From an uncultured Candidatus Saccharibacteria bacterium (GTDB lineage Bacteria; Patescibacteriota; Saccharimonadia; Saccharimonadales; Saccharimonadaceae): a stretch of DNA of 55,864 nucleotides. The position numbers and the translations under genes are program-made. The stretch is taken from assembly GCA_964529615.1 (NCBI GenBank), contig CAZGXB010000001.1, forward strand, positions 1 through 55,864, in the 5' to 3' direction. The notes under the pieces are model-generated. The model did not search any database. It worked only from the letters and a program-made list of their open reading frames with translations, and was not told the origin of the DNA. This document shows positions 8,574 to 18,600 of this stretch, one piece after another (positions within the stretch are counted from its first letter, which is position 1; each line of letters starts with the position of its first letter).

Positions 8574-9710
8574 ATGGAATTTGTGGAGCTGACTGAGGCA
8601 GAATTCGGGGAAGTGACGGCCCAGGATTGGGCGTGTGAGAACTTTTTGCAGAGTGTCGAGATGTACCGCCGCTACAAGGAACTAAACCGGGAGGCGTATC
8701 TGGTAGGAGTGGTCTTGCCGGTGTCGCACAAGGGTCTAAAAAAGGCGGAAAAGCGGCGGATCCTAGCGGCGGGGCTGGTGTCGGCGCGACCGTGGCGGAT
8801 GGGGAAGAAGATTTTTCAGGTGGCGGGGGGTTGGCTGATGAATTATGACGAAGAAGCGGAGATTATTGACGGGAAAATCTGGGCGCGTGAGGAGATTTTG
8901 GGGTTTTTGACGGAGAAGATGCGGGAATTTTGTCGCAAGCGCGGGGGGATTGTGCTGGAGATTTCGCCGAACGTAGAGGCGCGGCCGCGCGATCGGAAGA
9001 ATAACATTTTGCCGGGGAAGGACCATCTGGCGGTGCAGGCGGAGTTGGAGCGAATGGGTTATAAATATCTCGGGGAAGTGGGGCAGGTGAAATGGCAATA
9101 TGTCTTGGAGCTCGCGGGGGAGACAGCGGAGGGGCTGTTTCGGGATTTTCGGACGGATCACCGGCAGCGGATTCGGCGAGCGGAGCGCGAAGAGGTGCGG
9201 GTGCGGGAGCTGGCGATGGATGAATTGCCGATCTTGAAGCAAATTGCGGCGGAAGCCGGCGAGCGGCACGGTTTCCAGGATCCGCAGATGGCGTATTATC
9301 GCTCGGTGAAGAAACATTTTGGCGAGAAAGTAAAGTTCTTAGTGGCAGAGCTGGCGGCGGAGAAGGAGGGTGGCAAGCCTGGGGAATATATCCCGCTGGC
9401 AGCGGCGATGTTTATCAATGACGGGCGAGAAATGATTTATCTCTATAGCGGATCGGTGCGAAAATATCAGAAGTACGGCGGGGCGCATTTGATCCAGTGG
9501 AAAATGATCCAGGAGGCGCTGGCGAGCGGCTGTAAACGCTATAATTTCTACGGGGTGCGGCCGGTGGAAGGGGACGGCGTGTATAATTTCAAACAGGGGT
9601 TTCGGGGGCATGTGGAGGAGCTTTTGGGGACGTTTGCGTTGCCGATCGGGATATTGGGGAAGTTGTACCTTTTGAGGCAGAAGCCGCGGGAATATGGGGA
9701 AGTGCATTAG
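8574..9710 (+). CDS. FemABX-family peptidoglycan interpeptide bridge aminoacyltransferase
   Basis: NFLQS, YLYSGS, HLIQWKMIQEA, YNFYGV, GVYNFKQGFRG motifs; ATG at 8574. Confidence 0.9.
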   Translation: MEFVELTEAEFGEVTAQDWACENFLQSVEMYRRYKELNREAYLVGVVLPVSHKGLKKAEKRRILAAGLVSARPWRMGKKIFQVAGGWLMNYDEEAEIIDGKIWAREEILGFLTEKMREFCRKRGGIVLEISPNVEARPRDRKNNILPGKDHLAVQAELERMGYKYLGEVGQVKWQYVLELAGETAEGLFRDFRTDHRQRIRRAEREEVRVRELAMDELPILKQIAAEAGERHGFQDPQMAYYRSVKKHFGEKVKFLVAELAAEKEGGKPGEYIPLAAAMFINDGREMIYLYSGSVRKYQKYGGAHLIQWKMIQEALASGCKRYNFYGVRPVEGDGVYNFKQGFRGHVEELLGTFALPIGILGKLYLLRQKPREYGEVH

Positions 9711-10156
9711 GCTGAATTAGGGGATAATGATGGACAAATGGGGGATTTGTGGAAAAAGCATTGATTTTTTTAGCAATGTGTGCTACAATGGAAGTATAAG
9801 CTTAAGAAAGAAGATTTCGGAAAGCTTATAGATTGGAAACAGGACAAACCGGGGAGCCGGTGGGTCTTGCGAGGTCTGGTTAGACGCCAGATAGCACCTT
9901 TACAATGAGTCGATGACAAATGACGCAAAAAGCGAGATGTGTTGTAATTATAGCATAATGCACGGTGCATTATTTTTATACAAAGTATAAAAATAATGAG
10001 GACTATGGGTTAGGTAGCGCCAGAGGGATGCAGCGAAGTGCGGGGCGAAGCTGGATGAATCTGGTGCTACCTAAGAGGTAGTCGCTAATGTGAGGAAAAT
10101 CCTCTTAATCTTACACAGGCATTGGTATTCTCCTTGGGGGAGAGGAAAGGAGCAAT

Positions 10157-10744
10157 ATGCTGTTTACAAACGTCAACCTGAAGGTTAGAGAAGTTGAATT
10201 TAAGTTCGGCGAAGTTGAGGGCGTGTCGATCGGTGAAAGAGGTCGCGGTAGGCGGGAGGTTTTCCTGCCGACGCCGAGTGGTCTGGAGACCATCGACGAA
10301 GGAATGCATCCGGAGTTGACAATCGGCACCTCAAAGTCCGGCCGGCCGCGCATTAGTCGCGGCGGCAAAGATGGTGAAATCTATATGATCCTCTCGACCG
10401 GTTGTCGGTACACCCGTCGCGGCAATGGTGTCGTTCGGGTGCCGGAGGGTCAGGAGGTCCAAATCGTTGCCCGCGGGAACGGAGCTGATGGCGACGCCGG
10501 GCGGATCGGCACTTGGGCAGCGATGGTCCTGAAGGCCAAAGATGGAGATATCTTCAGGGTCACTTGGGGAGGCTCGGGCTACGGCATCCCGTGTACGTTT
10601 TATGTTGTGCACGACCGGAAGGTCTATGCCGTTGACGAACCCCACATAGCAACCCTTTTTGACACACTCGATATCGAGATGCCGTTCTCGTTGACTTTCG
10701 AGGATGGCGTGGAAATTGATTATGACGAGTGGGAGACGATTTAG
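10157..10744 (+). CDS. Hypothetical protein
   Basis: 195-aa ORF with strong AAGGAG RBS. Confidence 0.75.
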   Translation: MLFTNVNLKVREVEFKFGEVEGVSIGERGRGRREVFLPTPSGLETIDEGMHPELTIGTSKSGRPRISRGGKDGEIYMILSTGCRYTRRGNGVVRVPEGQEVQIVARGNGADGDAGRIGTWAAMVLKAKDGDIFRVTWGGSGYGIPCTFYVVHDRKVYAVDEPHIATLFDTLDIEMPFSLTFEDGVEIDYDEWETI

Positions 10745-10888
10745 CTTCCTGCTTCTGCGTGCAGTCATCGGTGAGTTGTGTAGTCCCCGGTCTATGGATC
10801 GGGGGTGGGTTTTGAGATGGTTGTTGTAAAAAATACTTGTGAAAATGGGGCGAGGGGGATATAATGGGGAAAGAATGAGAGAGGTAAA

Positions 10889-11188
10889 ATGTTAGATATT
10901 TTTATTACATCGCGGGTGCGGCGGAAGATTGTGGTGGTGTTTGCGAAGTATCCGGATTTCAAGACACACGTTAGGGCGCTGTCGAAATTGATTAAGGAGG
11001 ATCCCGGGAATATCCAGCGGGAATTGCAACGGCTGGAGCGCGGGAATTTTTTGATCGTCACGCAGAAGGGCAACACGAAGATTTATCAGATGAATAAGCA
11101 GTTTCCGCTGCTGAAGGAGCTGCAGAGCATGGTGATCAAATCGCAACAAATGTCTAAGTCGAACCGGCAAGAGAAGACTATCGGATAA
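10889..11188 (+). CDS. Winged-helix (ArsR/MarR-like) DNA-binding protein
   Basis: ITSRVRRKI...HVRALSKLIKEDPGNIQRELQRLE wHTH pattern. Confidence 0.75.
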   Translation: MLDIFITSRVRRKIVVVFAKYPDFKTHVRALSKLIKEDPGNIQRELQRLERGNFLIVTQKGNTKIYQMNKQFPLLKELQSMVIKSQQMSKSNRQEKTIG

Positions 11189-11191
11189 AGC

Positions 11192-12847
11192 GTGAGCCGG
11201 TTGTTTGATGAGCTGCTGAGGGTGCGGGAGGTCGAGGGGAGTTTTTTGCGCCCGAAATATGAGGAGACGATCGAGCCGGGGTTGATGCCGGATATGGCGA
11301 AGGCGGTGCAGCGGCTGAAGGAGGCGCGCGAGCGGGGGGAGAAGGTTTTGATTTATGGGGATTATGATGTGGATGGAGTGACGGCGAGCGCGGCGATGCA
11401 GGAGACGTTGCGGCTCGCGGGGATCGAAGTAGCGGAGATTATGCTACCGAATCGGTTTACGGACGGGTATGGCATGAGCGCGAAAGTAGTGACGCGGGCG
11501 CAGGAACTGGGAGTGGGGCTGGTGGTGACAGTGGACTGCGGCAGTCGGAATCAGGAGATTATCGCGCAGCTGAAGGAGGCGGGGATCGAGACGATCGTGA
11601 CGGATCACCACGAATGTGGGGCGGAGCTGCCGGAGGCGGTGGCGATCTTGAATCCGAAGCGGCGGGATATAATGCAGCGGGCGCAGGAAATGCGCGGAGG
11701 TGAGCTGGGCGAAGGGGATCTGGAGAAATTGGAAGAGCTGCGCGGTCTGGCGGGGGTGGGAGTGGTGTTTAAGCTGGCGCAGGGGCTGGTGCAGTCCGGG
11801 ATGATCGCCGCGGGGCAGGAAAAATGGCTGCTGGATCTGGTTTTGATTGGGACGATTTGCGACAGTATGCGGCTCACGGGGGAAAATCGGCGGCTGTGCT
11901 ATTATGGCCTGAAAGTGATCGCGAAGACGCGGCGAGTGGGGCTGAAGGAGCTACTGCGCCTCTCCGGGACGAAACGGCTGGACAGCGAGGCGATTGGCTT
12001 CCAAATCGGACCGCGGCTGAATGCGGCGGGGAGGATGGAGACGGCGGAGAAAGCGCTGGGGCTTCTCCTAGCGAAGTCGCGGGTGCGGGCGGCGGCAGGA
12101 GCGATGGAGCTGGAGAATTTGAATCAGGAGCGGAAAAAGCAGCAAAATGAGGCGCTAGAGGAAATTCGGCAGCAGGGAATCGGCGAGGAGCCGGTGATCG
12201 TGGTGCAGGGGGAATGGCACGAGGGGGTGCTGGGGATTATCGCCGGGAGGCTGGTCGAGGAATATCATCGGCCGGCGTTCGTCTTGGCGCCGAGCGGGGA
12301 GGTCTTGAAGGGGTCGGGGCGGAGTTTCGGGGATTTTAACCTGGCGGAAGCCTTGACGGTGTGCGAGAAATATATCTTGGGCGGGGGTGGACACGCGGAA
12401 GCTTGCGGAGTGAAAGTGGCGCGTGAGGGCTTGGAAGAGTTTCGGCAGGCGGTGAACCAATATTATGCGGAGTTAGGACTGACGGATCAAGAGGACTGTT
12501 TCGCGGCGGAGGCGGATCTCGAGGTGGCGTCGGTGGAGGATTTGTCGCTGGAACTGGTCGAGGAGCTGAAGCAACTGGAGCCATATGGACCGGGGAATCT
12601 AGAGCCGGTGTTTCTTTTGCGGAATGCAAGGGTGGTAGAAGCGGCGAAATTAGGCGACGCCGGGCAGCATCTGCGACTGGTGATCTGGGATGCGCAGGGG
12701 AAGAGCTTGAAGCTGATGAGCTTCTATGCGCCGGAGGAATATTTGCGGCTGAACGGGGGAGAGACGATAGATGTCTGGCTGACACTGTGCGAGAATGAGT
12801 TTCGGGGGATTAGGAGTGTGGAGGGGAGGGTGGTGAGGATAGGGTAG
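11192..12847 (+). CDS. recJ: ssDNA exonuclease RecJ
   Basis: YGDYDVDG, TVDCG, TDHH, GPRLNAAGR, GGGHAEACG motifs. Confidence 0.96.
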   Translation: MSRLFDELLRVREVEGSFLRPKYEETIEPGLMPDMAKAVQRLKEARERGEKVLIYGDYDVDGVTASAAMQETLRLAGIEVAEIMLPNRFTDGYGMSAKVVTRAQELGVGLVVTVDCGSRNQEIIAQLKEAGIETIVTDHHECGAELPEAVAILNPKRRDIMQRAQEMRGGELGEGDLEKLEELRGLAGVGVVFKLAQGLVQSGMIAAGQEKWLLDLVLIGTICDSMRLTGENRRLCYYGLKVIAKTRRVGLKELLRLSGTKRLDSEAIGFQIGPRLNAAGRMETAEKALGLLLAKSRVRAAAGAMELENLNQERKKQQNEALEEIRQQGIGEEPVIVVQGEWHEGVLGIIAGRLVEEYHRPAFVLAPSGEVLKGSGRSFGDFNLAEALTVCEKYILGGGGHAEACGVKVAREGLEEFRQAVNQYYAELGLTDQEDCFAAEADLEVASVEDLSLELVEELKQLEPYGPGNLEPVFLLRNARVVEAAKLGDAGQHLRLVIWDAQGKSLKLMSFYAPEEYLRLNGGETIDVWLTLCENEFRGIRSVEGRVVRIG

Positions 12848-12926
12848 TAATCTATGGTGGAAAATGGATCATGGAGGCCTAGGTAGCTTATTAACGCAAT
12901 ATTTTCTCGGAATGGAGGAGGGAAAG

Positions 12927-13700
12927 ATGAGAAAGGCAAAGGATATGTATTGGTTGTGGCGGGGTGTAGTGTGGATCGATAACTTGACTTGGGCTATAGT
13001 GGTGTGCTTGATAGGTTATAAGTCGTTAGCACAAATGCTTGGTGTATCGAGGTGGATTTTATTCTTGGAGCTGCTTTATGTCGAGCTTATGCTTATGGCA
13101 GTGTTCTTAATATTAATGATGATCATTAGTATTTTTAGGGTTGAGCGAGGCGATGAAGCCTATCCGGCGAATCACGGGGACAATCTGGAAATGGTGATGG
13201 AAGCTTTACGACGAGAACCCCTGGAATATTCAGCATCGTTTGATCTGGAGGGACATAAGATGATCGAGACGACGCTGCTTGCGACTGATTGTTCGATAAG
13301 TTTTGCACTGGAGAGGATTGATAGTATGCAGTTGATTCATTTGCATAACCATCCTGGAGCACCGGAGGGGGCATTTTCCTCGACGGATCTGAGGGGTTTT
13401 CCTAATGAATATCGGGCAATGGTAGTGACGCGTAATTATACCTATATCTTGGAAAATACACAAAAGTATGATCTGGATGAGGATGCATTTGCTGCCTATG
13501 TCAGGAGACTGAATTATGTATTCGTACCTTTAGAGACGTTTTTCCCGGGTTTGATAAGATGGTGTTCTATAATAGAATGTCGCTTAGTGGCGAGAAAATT
13601 CGGGCTGAAATTTCAAGTCAAATCATTAAAACGGGAAAAATTAAAACATAGGATTGCTGGGGTAAAGCATGGTTTTGCAAGCTTCGCAAAAGTTAAATAG
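12927..13700 (+). CDS. Membrane protein with JAB/MPN-like HNHP...FSxxD motif
   Basis: Two N-terminal hydrophobic helices then E...HLHNHPG...FSSTD; GGAGG RBS before ATG 12927. Confidence 0.6.
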   Translation: MRKAKDMYWLWRGVVWIDNLTWAIVVCLIGYKSLAQMLGVSRWILFLELLYVELMLMAVFLILMMIISIFRVERGDEAYPANHGDNLEMVMEALRREPLEYSASFDLEGHKMIETTLLATDCSISFALERIDSMQLIHLHNHPGAPEGAFSSTDLRGFPNEYRAMVVTRNYTYILENTQKYDLDEDAFAAYVRRLNYVFVPLETFFPGLIRWCSIIECRLVARKFGLKFQVKSLKREKLKHRIAGVKHGFASFAKVK

Positions 13701-13798
13701 CAAAAGGCCGCCCTTCGGGGCGGTCGCTTTTGACTGGGCGGAGAAATCTCGCTAGATATGATCTAGGGCTGACCTAGAATTCTAAAGATGGTAAGAGA

Positions 13799-14017
13799 TT
13801 ATTTCAGCCCGAGGCGCATGCGCTCGGCCTTCTCGGCGCGGCGGGCTTCGCGGATGATCGCTTTGTTGCGGCGTTCGCGCTTAGAAATCGGCTTCGAGAA
13901 ACGCATTTGCGACTTTTTCAGAGGCATAATCCCGCTCTGGAGCACCTTGCGGTTGAAACGGCGGATGAGGTTTTCATTAGCCTCGCTCTGGTCTTTTCTT
14001 GATACTTTGATAGCCAT
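13799..14017 (-). CDS. rpsU: 30S ribosomal protein S21
   Basis: ENLIRRFNRKVLQSG...RFSKPISKRERR. Confidence 0.9.
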   Translation of the reverse strand: MAIKVSRKDQSEANENLIRRFNRKVLQSGIMPLKKSQMRFSKPISKRERRNKAIIREARRAEKAERMRLGLK

Positions 14018-14158
14018 ATTGGTGTCATTATAGCAAAAATTGCGAGGTTCGACAAGGGCGAAATTGAGGTTTGGCGGAAAATGACCGGAAAAAGGGCTCT
14101 AGGAAGCGAATTTTGGGCGTTTTTGGACGTCGGGGGCGCAGTATAGTATAATATAAGC

Positions 14159-14692
14159 ATGATTATTTTGATGGGGCTTCCAGGCTCAGGAAAGAGCACA
14201 CAGGGGCAAATTTTAGCGAAGGAAATGGGGCGAGAATGGCTGTCGGCGGGGCAGGTTTTGCGCGATTCGGGGCAGTTTCAGGAAATCTTGGATAGGGGTG
14301 AATTGGTGGACAATGCGGTGGTGATTCGGTTGATGGCGGAAGCAATGGCGCGGATAATTAGAGGGGGGAAGAATTTGATCGTGGATGGTTTTCCGCGGGA
14401 TGATGAACAAGCAGAATGGATGGCGGAGAACATTGCAACAGAGGTGGAGGTGGTATTAAGAATGGAGGTGCCGAAGGCGGAATTATTGCAGCGGATAGCT
14501 TTGCGACAGAGGTCGGATGATACGGAAGAAGCGGTGAAACAGCGGATGAAAATCATTGAACAAAATATTTATTCAGTATGCGAAATCTTGGCGCGGAAAG
14601 GGGTGAAAACACTCATCATAGACGGTGTGGGATCGGTCGAAGAAGTGACGGAACGGATGCGGACGCAGCTCAGAGAATCCGGAATTAGCTAA
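14159..14692 (+). CDS. adk: Adenylate/nucleoside monophosphate kinase
   Basis: GLPGSGKSTQ, GELVD, DGFPR, RSDD motifs; next to map. Confidence 0.9.
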   Translation: MIILMGLPGSGKSTQGQILAKEMGREWLSAGQVLRDSGQFQEILDRGELVDNAVVIRLMAEAMARIIRGGKNLIVDGFPRDDEQAEWMAENIATEVEVVLRMEVPKAELLQRIALRQRSDDTEEAVKQRMKIIEQNIYSVCEILARKGVKTLIIDGVGSVEEVTERMRTQLRESGIS

Positions 14693-14765
14693 AATTACAG
14701 GAAATATAGCGGAAATCGCGGTGAAATGTGCTAGAATAGGGGTAGAATAGGTACAAGATTGGGAG

Positions 14766-15572
14766 ATGAATAAAAAATTTATACAACCTGTGGAAAACCC
14801 TGAGGAGCTCCAGCGGAAGATTACGGCAATGCGCGCGGGCGGTGAGATTTTGGGCGGAGTGATGCGGGATTTGCGGGAGTATGTCCAGCCGGGGATGACC
14901 GGGAAGGAGATTGATGCCTGGGTGCGGGCAGAGATTGAAAAGCGCGGGGCGAAGGTGGCGTATGACTACCTCGAGGAGAGTTTCCCGGGGGCGATTTGTA
15001 TTTCGGTGAATGATGCGTTAGTGCATGGAGCGCCGACGGATGAGGCCCTCGAGGAGGGGGATAAGGTGAGCTTTGATTTAGACGTGCTGTATGAGGGGTA
15101 TTATACTGATTCGGCGTTTACGATGCTGGTAGGCGGGAAGGGCTCACCCGCGGTGAAACAGATGATCAAGACGACGGAACAGGCAATGTGGGCGGGAATC
15201 GCCGAGGTGCGTGCTGGAGCGAAGACGGGCGATATTGGTTATGCCGTGGAGAAAGTCTTGGTGAAAGGGAAGCTAGGAGTGATCGAGAATTACGTCGGGC
15301 ACGGGATTGGGCGCGAAATGCACATGCGACCGGACATCCCGAACTATGGTCGGCGAGGGCATGGTTATACCCTAAAGGCTGGGGATACAATCTGTATCGA
15401 GCCGATGTCGTGCCTGGGTAAGCCGGCGAATTACGTGGATAAAGAGAGTAATTGGACGGTGCGGATGAAGGACGGGTCGATTGGGTGTCATTGTGAGCAT
15501 ACGGTGTTGGTGCTGGATGAGGGGTATGAGGTATTGACAAAAAATGATATGTGTGATACAATGGGGGTATAG
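14766..15572 (+). CDS. map: Methionine aminopeptidase type I
   Basis: CISVNDALVHG, DSAFT, GHGIGREMH, IEPM, HCEHTVLV. Confidence 0.96.
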   Translation: MNKKFIQPVENPEELQRKITAMRAGGEILGGVMRDLREYVQPGMTGKEIDAWVRAEIEKRGAKVAYDYLEESFPGAICISVNDALVHGAPTDEALEEGDKVSFDLDVLYEGYYTDSAFTMLVGGKGSPAVKQMIKTTEQAMWAGIAEVRAGAKTGDIGYAVEKVLVKGKLGVIENYVGHGIGREMHMRPDIPNYGRRGHGYTLKAGDTICIEPMSCLGKPANYVDKESNWTVRMKDGSIGCHCEHTVLVLDEGYEVLTKNDMCDTMGV

Positions 15573-15696
15573 AGTGCTGACTTGAGTAATAGTGGAGCTT
15601 GAGGGCGGTCCTCAAGCAACTTAAGAGCTTAAGTCGTCAAAAAACCTAAAATTATAAGATAGACTAGATAAAATGTCTAGTCGGAAGGGGGATTTT

Positions 15697-16269
15697 ATGA
15701 ATTATCAAGAGTACGAGGCTTTAATGCGGCAACATAAGGCATGGCTCGTGGTGAGCGTAGTAGCTTGGATGATTATGCTGCTGATATTGCTGACGGGCGA
15801 GAGGTACTTCCTGCTGCGGGAGAAGGATGAGGCGACAATTTACCTCAATCCAGTAGGCGGTGGGAGGTACGAGATGTGGTATCATGACAACTTGATGAAT
15901 TGGCGGGAGCCGCAAGCCAATACCTACGTCGATACTTTCGACGCGTGCGAGATGGAGAGCGAGCTGGCACCGCTGACAGTGGAGGCGGTGTATAAGGAAC
16001 GGCCGACGCGAGCCAGGACTCCAGACCTGAATATTCGGGTGGTGAACAAGGAGGACTTGGATAACCCGATGTTGGCTGCGGTGAATATACGCTTGCCGAG
16101 CGCGAGAGTGTTCTGGATGCAGGACGCCGTGGGGGTGTTTGAGCTATGGTTAGTCATGGTGCCGCTATGGAAAGTAGGTATTTTCTTGGCACTGACAGCG
16201 CTGCTGCTCTGGAGCCTGGGCGGCACCGTGCACGCTTGGTGGAGCATAGGTCGATATGTCGAAGAATAG
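15697..16269 (+). CDS. Hypothetical membrane protein
   Basis: N- and C-terminal hydrophobic segments; AAGGGGG RBS. Confidence 0.65.
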   Translation: MNYQEYEALMRQHKAWLVVSVVAWMIMLLILLTGERYFLLREKDEATIYLNPVGGGRYEMWYHDNLMNWREPQANTYVDTFDACEMESELAPLTVEAVYKERPTRARTPDLNIRVVNKEDLDNPMLAAVNIRLPSARVFWMQDAVGVFELWLVMVPLWKVGIFLALTALLLWSLGGTVHAWWSIGRYVEE

Positions 16270-16369
16270 GGGGGTGAGGACGACGAAGCGAATTCCTCGG
16301 ATCGAAAGATCTGGGGAATTTTTGTGAAAAGGAGATTGTAATTTTTACAAGTTAAGTTATAATAAGCTT

Positions 16370-17593
16370 ATGGATGAAATTTCTCGCTATGCGGTTGGAC
16401 TGGATATTGGCACGAGTAATGTGCGTGCGGTGGTGGCTGGGATTGGTAAAGAAGGCGGTATGAATGTGATTGGCTATGCGGAGGCGGCGAATGCTGGGAT
16501 GCGCAAGGGGGTGGTGGCGAATTTGTCCGGTCCGGCGCAAGCGATTGACCGAATGCTGGGCGAAGTGGAGCGGATGAGTGGCTACGAGGTGAATTCGGCG
16601 ACGATTTCGATCAATGGAGCGCAGATTTTGTCAACTCGGACGGAGGGGATGATCGCGGCGGGGGCGAATGAGCATGAGATCACGGAGGCGGATTTGACGC
16701 GGGTGGAAGATGTGGCGCTCAGGGGGAGGGTGCCGGCGAATCAGGAGATTTTGCAAGTGGTGCCGCTGCAGTACTCGCTGGATGGCCAGAGTGGGATTAA
16801 GGATCCGCTAGGCATGGTGGGTTCGCGGCTGGAAATGCGGGGGAATGTGGTGTCGGTTTTGGCGCCGAATTATGAGAATTTGAAGCGGGCGACCGAGGCG
16901 GCGAATGTGACGCCGGAGCAGGTGATCCCGAGCGCGATGGCGGCGGCGCGGGCGGTTTTGACCGAGCGACAGAAGGAAAATGGTGTGGCGGTGGTCGATA
17001 TGGGGGCAGCGACGACTGGGGTGGCGATTTATGAGGAAAATGATCTGCAGTATATCGGGGTGGTGCCGGTGGGGTCGAATAATATCACGAATGACCTCGC
17101 GGTGATGCTGGCGGTGGATACAGAGGTGGCGGAAGAGCTGAAGCGGCGCTTTGCGACGGGGAATTTTGGCGCGAATGATAATCCGGTGGTGATTCGTTGG
17201 CGGGGGAAAGATTTGCACTTTGAGCGGCATCAGATTGATGATGTGGTACGGGCGCGGCTGGAGGAAATCTTGGAACTGGTGCGAAAGGAATTGAGGCGGG
17301 CGCATTATGAACAGAAGTTGCCGGAAGGGGTGGTTTTGACCGGCGGGGGCGCGAAAATGCGGGATATTGATAAGTTTGTGCGGGAGACGCTTTTGATGTC
17401 GGTGAAGATTGGGTCGCCGATTGGGTTGAATGGGGTGGCGGATGCGATTGAGAAGCCGGAATATGCGACGGCGGTGGGGCTGATGCTGATGTCGGCGGAA
17501 CGAGGGAATAATCCGGGGGGATTTATGCACAAAAAGGCCGGGAAAAAGCATGATGGGGGTGGACTTTTGAGGAGGTTGTGGGGGAGGGTGTAG
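16370..17593 (+). CDS. ftsA: Cell division protein FtsA
   Basis: VGLDIGTS, GMRKGVV, VVDMGAATT, VLTGGGAK, YATAVGL. Confidence 0.97.
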   Translation: MDEISRYAVGLDIGTSNVRAVVAGIGKEGGMNVIGYAEAANAGMRKGVVANLSGPAQAIDRMLGEVERMSGYEVNSATISINGAQILSTRTEGMIAAGANEHEITEADLTRVEDVALRGRVPANQEILQVVPLQYSLDGQSGIKDPLGMVGSRLEMRGNVVSVLAPNYENLKRATEAANVTPEQVIPSAMAAARAVLTERQKENGVAVVDMGAATTGVAIYEENDLQYIGVVPVGSNNITNDLAVMLAVDTEVAEELKRRFATGNFGANDNPVVIRWRGKDLHFERHQIDDVVRARLEEILELVRKELRRAHYEQKLPEGVVLTGGGAKMRDIDKFVRETLLMSVKIGSPIGLNGVADAIEKPEYATAVGLMLMSAERGNNPGGFMHKKAGKKHDGGGLLRRLWGRV

Positions 17594-17612
17594 GGCGTAT
17601 ATTTGTTTGTTG

Positions 17613-17949
17613 CTCTTTCTGTTGGTTCTGCTTGAGAGACCCACTGCTAAGGCTTTCCTTTTTCGTTCAACCTCCTAGCTTTCAGCCTGTACGCTACTTT
17701 TGCAGAACCGGCGTTCTTCATCCCATCTTCGCTACGCTCAGATATCACTGCATATCCTCGGAAATAGAAATGCAAGCATTATCTATTTCACTCGGATATT
17801 TGTGATTTCGTCACAGGCGGAAGCCGCCTGCCCTCGGGCCGTCGCCCTGCGGATGTTCTGCAAAAGTAGGTACAGAGCTGAAGCAAGAGTTTTAAGTCAA
17901 AAGGAAAGGCTCGCGCTTTTATTCTCTCTCGCAGAACAACAGAAAAGAG
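17613..17949. repeat. Long imperfect palindromic (MITE-like) element, copy A
   Basis: Nested inverted arms (CTCTTTCTGTTGGTTCTGC/GCAGAACAACAGAAAAGAG; ACTTTTGCAGAAC/GTTCTGCAAAAGT); arms closely similar to 54739-55025 but with a different interior. Confidence 0.8.
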
Positions 17950-18157
17950 TGATGAACTAATCCTCAATCTATCCTATATTCAATAAACTACATGGGAAAT
18001 CAGTACTCAAAAAGAATAAAGGCTGGACATAAGCTTAGGTTTCTTTTTTCATGACGTTTTAGTCTCTCTTACAGAAGGAGCAACAGTAATATATTCACGC
18101 ATGGTCATTACTATATCCTTTTCTTCAATCTATCAAAGTGCAATCGTTTCCGATACT

Positions 18158-18340
18158 GCAACGGACGGGTAAAGCATAGAAGCGATAAGGGCTATACACA
18201 GAATCAACGACGGAACTAATGAAGCGGAGGCTATAAGCATACATGGTCTCAGATTGCGATATTTGAGCCCAATCATAAGCATAGACGCCAGCATGCTTTA
18301 AAGTACCAAAATCAGCACTCACATACCCGCTCCGCACATA
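18158..18340 (-). repeat. Silent VR-like cassette C1
   Basis: YVRSGYVSADFGTLKHAGVYAYDWAQ...RFYALPVRC; collinear with TR, no upstream gene body. Confidence 0.88.
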
Positions 18341-18410
18341 GTATCGTAGGGTTATGGCTATGATTTATAAGTACTATTTTCATAAAGAAATACACAAAAA
18401 ACTGGGGTTT

Positions 18411-18508
18411 TGTCGCTTACGTTTTTAAAAAACGTAAGCGACATTTTCTTCACTCACCCCTGTTATCCATGAGAATGCCCGCTTACGTTTTTAAAAAACG
18501 TAAGCGAC
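18411..18508. repeat. Two direct copies of a palindrome (CGCTTACGTTTTTAAAAAACGTAAGCG)
   Basis: 18411-18443 (16-bp perfect arms) and 18480-18508, between divergent cassettes C1 and C2. Confidence 0.85.
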
Positions 18509-18600
18509 CTAAACACGTCTCTTTCCGACGCTACAACTCAGCCGACACAACCAAATCGATACAGAAATACATACAAGTATTACCTCTATCTCACTATACC

